From an uncultured delta proteobacterium (lineage in GTDB: Bacteria > Myxococcota_A > Polyangia > Polyangiales > Polyangiaceae), in assembly GCA_963806225.1 (NCBI GenBank), contig CAWDXG010000004.1, forward strand, positions 3,872,001 to 3,936,000: DNA of 64,000 bases. Reading direction: 5' to 3'. The notes under the pieces are model-generated. The model was not told where the DNA came from. It ran no database searches and saw only the letters and a program-made list of their open reading frames with translations. Of this stretch, positions 59,923 through 64,000 are shown piece after piece. The position numbers and the translations under genes are program-made. How positions within the stretch are numbered: position 1 is the stretch's first letter; every line of letters starts with the position of its first letter.

Positions 59923-62211
59923 TCACTGTTTCTTCGAGCGCTTTCTCCACCCGGTGAGACCAAGAGCCGCCAGAAGTACCCATACTGCACCGGCAGGTGT
60001 GCTGCCGCGCGTGCCCAGGCGGCAGCCACAACCGCCGCTCTTGTCAGGCGGCGTGTTGCCCGCTGTGCCCCCGCTGCCCCCGGCTCCCCCCGCGCCGCCT
60101 GCACCGCCGACGTTCTCGACCGCGTAGCCTCCACACGGTTCGACTGGCACCCCCGCCGAACGGTCCATCAACGCCAGCGCGTAGGCACCGGCGCCGAAGC
60201 CGATCATGGGAACGGAGCCGGCGTAGTCGGCGGTCTTCGCGTCGTACAGCTCGGAGACGAGATTGTAGTTGTCCGCCGACTGCTCGGTGACCCAATCGAG
60301 CAGGGGCCCCGCGGCCTGGTCCCCCATCCGTCGCATCGCGACGGCGGTGCGCAGGTCCACCACCACCCACTCCTGGCTGTCGTACCAGCCGCCGTCCTGG
60401 TTGCGGAAGAAGCCGCGTCCGCTCTGCGGCACCAGCGCCTGCTTCATCGCCGAGACCGTGGCCTTGGCCGAGCGCCCCGCCGGATCGACCAGGCCCGAGG
60501 CGACGGCCTCGATCGCCGCGGCGTCGAGAAAGCCGCTCCCCAGCTGGAGCGCCTCGTAGCTCTGCGCGATGGTCCCGTCCGGCGCGGCAAGCTGTGTGGT
60601 GATCGCGTCGCGGGCGAGCTTTCCCGCCGCGCGGTACTTGTCTGCACGAGCGCTGTCGCCGGCCTGTTCGGCCAGATCGGCCGCGGCGCACAGACCGTGG
60701 GCCGCCGCGATGGTCGTGTAGGAAAAGTGCCTCTGCTTGCCGTTCCAGTGCACTTCCCAGATCGACGAATCCGGGGCGATAAGCCCACTCGGTTCCTGCA
60801 GATCGACGAGTACGTCCGCCACCTTGCTGCCGAGCGCCGGCCACCACGCCTTCAGACTCGCCGTGTCCTTGGTGGCCTGCACGTACTCGTACACTTCCCA
60901 CAGGAACAATCCGAAACCATCGAACTCGATGTTCGGGCCGTCCTGGTTCGAATCGCTCTCTTCCACGCCGTCGCCGAAGTAGCGCGTAACGGAGACCTGG
61001 TAGGGATGGCCGACGTACTTTTCGTACTTGTCCGCGTCGGCGCCGAGCTGGAACTGGATGGCTCGCTTGGCCTCCGCCGCGTGTCCCGCGCGGGACAGCG
61101 CTACGACGGCGTAGGCCATGTCGCGGACCCAAGCGATGTTCCACTGACCCGGCGGCAGGCTGGCCAGGATCTGTCCGTCGCTCTTGCCGGGCTCTGACAC
61201 CTGCCCCATGCGCAGCATGGCCATCGACTGCTGGTAGAGCGCGCTCTCGGCTGCGGACAGCCCCTTCGGCTCCGGCTTGTGCCAGCTCTTCCACGCCGCG
61301 CGCTCGTCGGCGAGCAGCTGCTCGGCGCTGCGACCCTTGAGCCAGCTCTCGACCGCATCGATGTGCGGCGCCACGTCGCCGCCCGAGTCGAGCACCACGA
61401 ACGAGCCGGACCAGGCAACGCTGCCCTGGGCGACGCTGCCGAGCGACCACTGGAGACCCGCAGCGGCGTCGTCGTATGTCCCGCCCGTGCCGGCGTTGTC
61501 GGTCAGGTCGGCGCCCGATCCCAGGAGTTGATACGGGTTGTCGGGACTTGCAGAGTGATGCGACGCGCTGCCGATGCTGCCGTAGGCTATCGCCGCACCG
61601 CTTGGCCCCCACTCCATCCAGGCCCCGCGCGTCGCATCCCACGTGATGGTCTCGCCCGAGGGATCGGGATCCGGCGCACCGCTGCCCAGATGGAAGTTGA
61701 ACATCATGTACGCGTCCACGGGCGCCGCGCTGCCGCTCTTGCGCTCGACGCGCACCAGGCTCAAGAGGGCGTGCTCGGCCAGGTCGATCGGCGAAAATTC
61801 GTACTCGTCGACGCTCAGGCCGGACCAGCTGCGTGCGATGTGGATGATGCCGGTGCCGGCTTCGTACTCGACCTTGTCCGGCGCGACATCGCTGAGCCAG
61901 GTGCCCGCCTGACCCGGCCCACCCAGCCGGAGCCCGGGGTAGCAATCGTAGGCGAAGTTGCGCGTCTGGCTGCCGTCGCTCCGGGCCTTGTAGGGGTGCT
62001 CGTAGAAGTGCGTGATGCGGTTCTTCGCCGTGTCGTAGAGCACCAGCGCGCGCCCGTTGGACGACACGAGCTGCGTCGCCGAACGGTGGGGCGCAGGCAG
62101 AGCACGCGCGGTCGCAGCACCACACAGGCTCCCGACAACCAGCGCGACGGCCGTGAGCGATCTTCCGGCCAGGAGCGGGACGGAGAAGCGGCGGTAGCTG
62201 GAAGACAACAT
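59923..62211 (-). CDS. GH15-like glucoamylase with a MYXO-CTERM anchor
   Basis: Signal peptide; WVRDMAY; SIWE; C-terminal KSGGCGC, TM and RKRSKK. Confidence 0.82.
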   Translation of the reverse strand: MLSSSYRRFSVPLLAGRSLTAVALVVGSLCGAATARALPAPHRSATQLVSSNGRALVLYDTAKNRITHFYEHPYKARSDGSQTRNFAYDCYPGLRLGGPGQAGTWLSDVAPDKVEYEAGTGIIHIARSWSGLSVDEYEFSPIDLAEHALLSLVRVERKSGSAAPVDAYMMFNFHLGSGAPDPDPSGETITWDATRGAWMEWGPSGAAIAYGSIGSASHHSASPDNPYQLLGSGADLTDNAGTGGTYDDAAAGLQWSLGSVAQGSVAWSGSFVVLDSGGDVAPHIDAVESWLKGRSAEQLLADERAAWKSWHKPEPKGLSAAESALYQQSMAMLRMGQVSEPGKSDGQILASLPPGQWNIAWVRDMAYAVVALSRAGHAAEAKRAIQFQLGADADKYEKYVGHPYQVSVTRYFGDGVEESDSNQDGPNIEFDGFGLFLWEVYEYVQATKDTASLKAWWPALGSKVADVLVDLQEPSGLIAPDSSIWEVHWNGKQRHFSYTTIAAAHGLCAAADLAEQAGDSARADKYRAAGKLARDAITTQLAAPDGTIAQSYEALQLGSGFLDAAAIEAVASGLVDPAGRSAKATVSAMKQALVPQSGRGFFRNQDGGWYDSQEWVVVDLRTAVAMRRMGDQAAGPLLDWVTEQSADNYNLVSELYDAKTADYAGSVPMIGFGAGAYALALMDRSAGVPVEPCGGYAVENVGGAGGAGGAGGSGGTAGNTPPDKSGGCGCRLGTRGSTPAGAVWVLLAALGLTGWRKRSKKQ

Positions 62212-62279
62212 GGCGACGCTGCGCCGCGACGAGCGCAGGCGCCTAGGGTACCACGGCGCGACCGAGCGCCTGACTCGCC

Positions 62280-62417
62280 CTAGAAGTCGATCTTGTCGTA
62301 GCCGTACGCGTTTTCTTCCGGCTCGCCTTTTTCAACCCCCGGCGACACCATGAACAGGACAGGGATCGCGCTGATACAGATGATCAGCAGGCCGACCACC
62401 TTGACCAGGGTCACCAT
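62280..62417 (-). CDS. Small (45 aa) single-TM protein not in the ORF track
   Basis: ATG...TAG reading MVTLVKVVGLLIICISAIPVLFMVSPGVEKGEPEENAYGYDKIDF with mostly G/C third positions. Confidence 0.6.
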   Translation of the reverse strand: MVTLVKVVGLLIICISAIPVLFMVSPGVEKGEPEENAYGYDKIDF

Positions 62418-62562
62418 GTACGGTTCGGCGGATACGGGCCACCACATAACGGCGGCACCATAGCCGGTCCATTGGCCGGCGCAAGACCCTTTGCGCCGGA
62501 GCGGTCGCGAGCGAAATCACCCGCGGCGCGCCAAGCGGCTATGCGCGGCGGACGACAGTGAT

Positions 62563-64000
62563 ATGGTCCCGCCCGACGTGCTCTGGCGGTCCGGTGTCCG
62601 TACTGGTGTCGGCCTTCTGGCCTGTGTGGCGATCGCAGCCGCGGGGCGGACCGCCGCGGCGCAGACCGATGCGCCACCGGCGGACAGCGGGCAGCCCGCA
62701 GCGGGCGCTGGCGAGTCTCCCGAAACCGGCAACGCCGCCCAACCCGCCCCGGACGACAGCGCGGGTGAGCCAGCCGCGGCTCCCGACAACAAGGGCGCAC
62801 CGGCCACCAGGGACGACGCCGACGCCGCCGGCAGGACCACGGCCGCGCCCGCCGAACCGGCAGCCGCTCCCCCCGCGCGCGCTCGCGCGGAACACGCGCC
62901 GGCCGCGAAGGCCGCGGCCGAGCCGGCTCCCGCGCCCAAGCCAGAGTATCCGAAGAGCGGGTTCTCGTTCGGCTCGTACGGTCGCGTCGTCGTCGCGTCC
63001 GACGGACGCGGCGGCGAGGGCCGCAACGCCGACGTGGTGGCACACGGCTCCCGCATCGATGAATCGACCTACGCCGAGCTCGAGCTCCGGCGCGACGACA
63101 ACTGGTCGCGGGACCTCTCCTCGCGCGTCGTCACGACGCTCGCCATCGGCGGGCCGATCTTCCACTACAACGGCAAGTTCGACGCGAAGCTCGCGCTGAG
63201 GAACCTGTACGTCGAGGAGAAGGGGATCGGCGACAAGGGACTGAGCGCCTGGGTCGGCTCGCGCATGTATCGCGGCGACGACATCTACCTGCTCGACTAC
63301 TGGCCGCTCGACAACCTCAACACCGTCGGCGGCGGCGTGCGCTTCGACACCCGCGACAACCACACGTACGTCGCGTGGCACGTCGGGATGAATCGCATGA
63401 ACAACCCGTTCCAGCTCCAGGTTGTCCAGCGCCCCGCGGCACAGAACCAGCCTGGGACGACCGACGTCAACCTGCTGGATCGTCCGCGCGTGGTCTCGAG
63501 CCTGAAGGTGTCGAGCATCCTGCCGGTCATCGGCGAGCACGGCGGGCTGAAAGGCGTCCTGTACGGCGAGGTTCACCGGCTGCCGAGCGGCACGCACGAG
63601 AAAAAGCCGGGGGTAACCGAGGCGGTCCCCGGCGACAGCGGCGTGGTGATCGGCGCGCAGCTGGGCATGTTCACGGGCGTGCGCGACACGTTCGTGAACC
63701 TGTTCTTCCGCTACGCGCGCGGGCTCGCGGCGTACGGGGAATTCGGAACGCCCGGGAGCGTTGCGCCGAACCACACGACCTCCGGCGCCCACGAAGCGCT
63801 AGTCGGGCTTTCGGGCAACTGGGAGTACGGGCCCATCGGCGTGATGCTGGGCGGCTACTTCCGGAGCTTCCGCAACGAATCCCCGGAGCAGTTCGACTTC
63901 AACAACCTCGACGAGGGCATCATCGTCGCGCGGCCGCACTTCTTCATCGGCGATCACGCGGGCGTGGCCATCGAAGGTTCGTACCAGGCAGAGCAGCGCG
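62563..64000 (+). CDS. LamB/maltoporin-family carbohydrate porin (3'-truncated)
   Basis: Frame +1 open to the window end; signal peptide, Pro/Ala linker, FSFGSYGR, GSRIDESTYAELEL, WVGSRMYRGDDIYLLDYW. Confidence 0.8.
   Translation, partial: MVPPDVLWRSGVRTGVGLLACVAIAAAGRTAAAQTDAPPADSGQPAAGAGESPETGNAAQPAPDDSAGEPAAAPDNKGAPATRDDADAAGRTTAAPAEPAAAPPARARAEHAPAAKAAAEPAPAPKPEYPKSGFSFGSYGRVVVASDGRGGEGRNADVVAHGSRIDESTYAELELRRDDNWSRDLSSRVVTTLAIGGPIFHYNGKFDAKLALRNLYVEEKGIGDKGLSAWVGSRMYRGDDIYLLDYWPLDNLNTVGGGVRFDTRDNHTYVAWHVGMNRMNNPFQLQVVQRPAAQNQPGTTDVNLLDRPRVVSSLKVSSILPVIGEHGGLKGVLYGEVHRLPSGTHEKKPGVTEAVPGDSGVVIGAQLGMFTGVRDTFVNLFFRYARGLAAYGEFGTPGSVAPNHTTSGAHEALVGLSGNWEYGPIGVMLGGYFRSFRNESPEQFDFNNLDEGIIVARPHFFIGDHAGVAIEGSYQAEQR

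Overview
High-GC (roughly 70% by eye) bacterial chromosomal DNA, most likely Myxococcota (Polyangiales-like), judging from a MYXO-CTERM anchor and many Gly/Cys-rich and VWA lipoproteins. I found no rRNA, tRNA, CRISPR array, transposase or phage gene. In order, the window holds: a MoxR-DUF58-VWA/BatA operon; an orphan response regulator fused to a histone-H1-like KKKAA(P) repeat tail; a PilZ-DinG-MBL hydrolase operon; PpiD/SurA and an M16 peptidase; a sigma54-like promoter with a highly structured ~85-nt RNA ahead of three genes including a Cys-rich repeat protein; pal-tolQRAB; a tandem SCP2 protein and pyruvate kinase; a Phd/VapC toxin-antitoxin pair; an AblB-like degenerate GNAT; an exported HEAT protein; YccA; a peptidase MA; chorismate mutase; YceI; and starch-use genes (GH13, GH15, LamB-like porin). 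The starch genes flank an AraC-linked LolA-like/ABC/beta-barrel export cluster and a TerB-Coq4-like fusion. About 16 frameshifts, all single-base insertions, break otherwise intact genes and look like sequencing errors. They create artefactual fused ORFs in the supplied track. All family assignments are from motif recognition, not database searches. Strongest novelty candidates: the receiver-H1 fusion, the sigma54/structured-RNA unit and the TerB-Coq4-like fusion.
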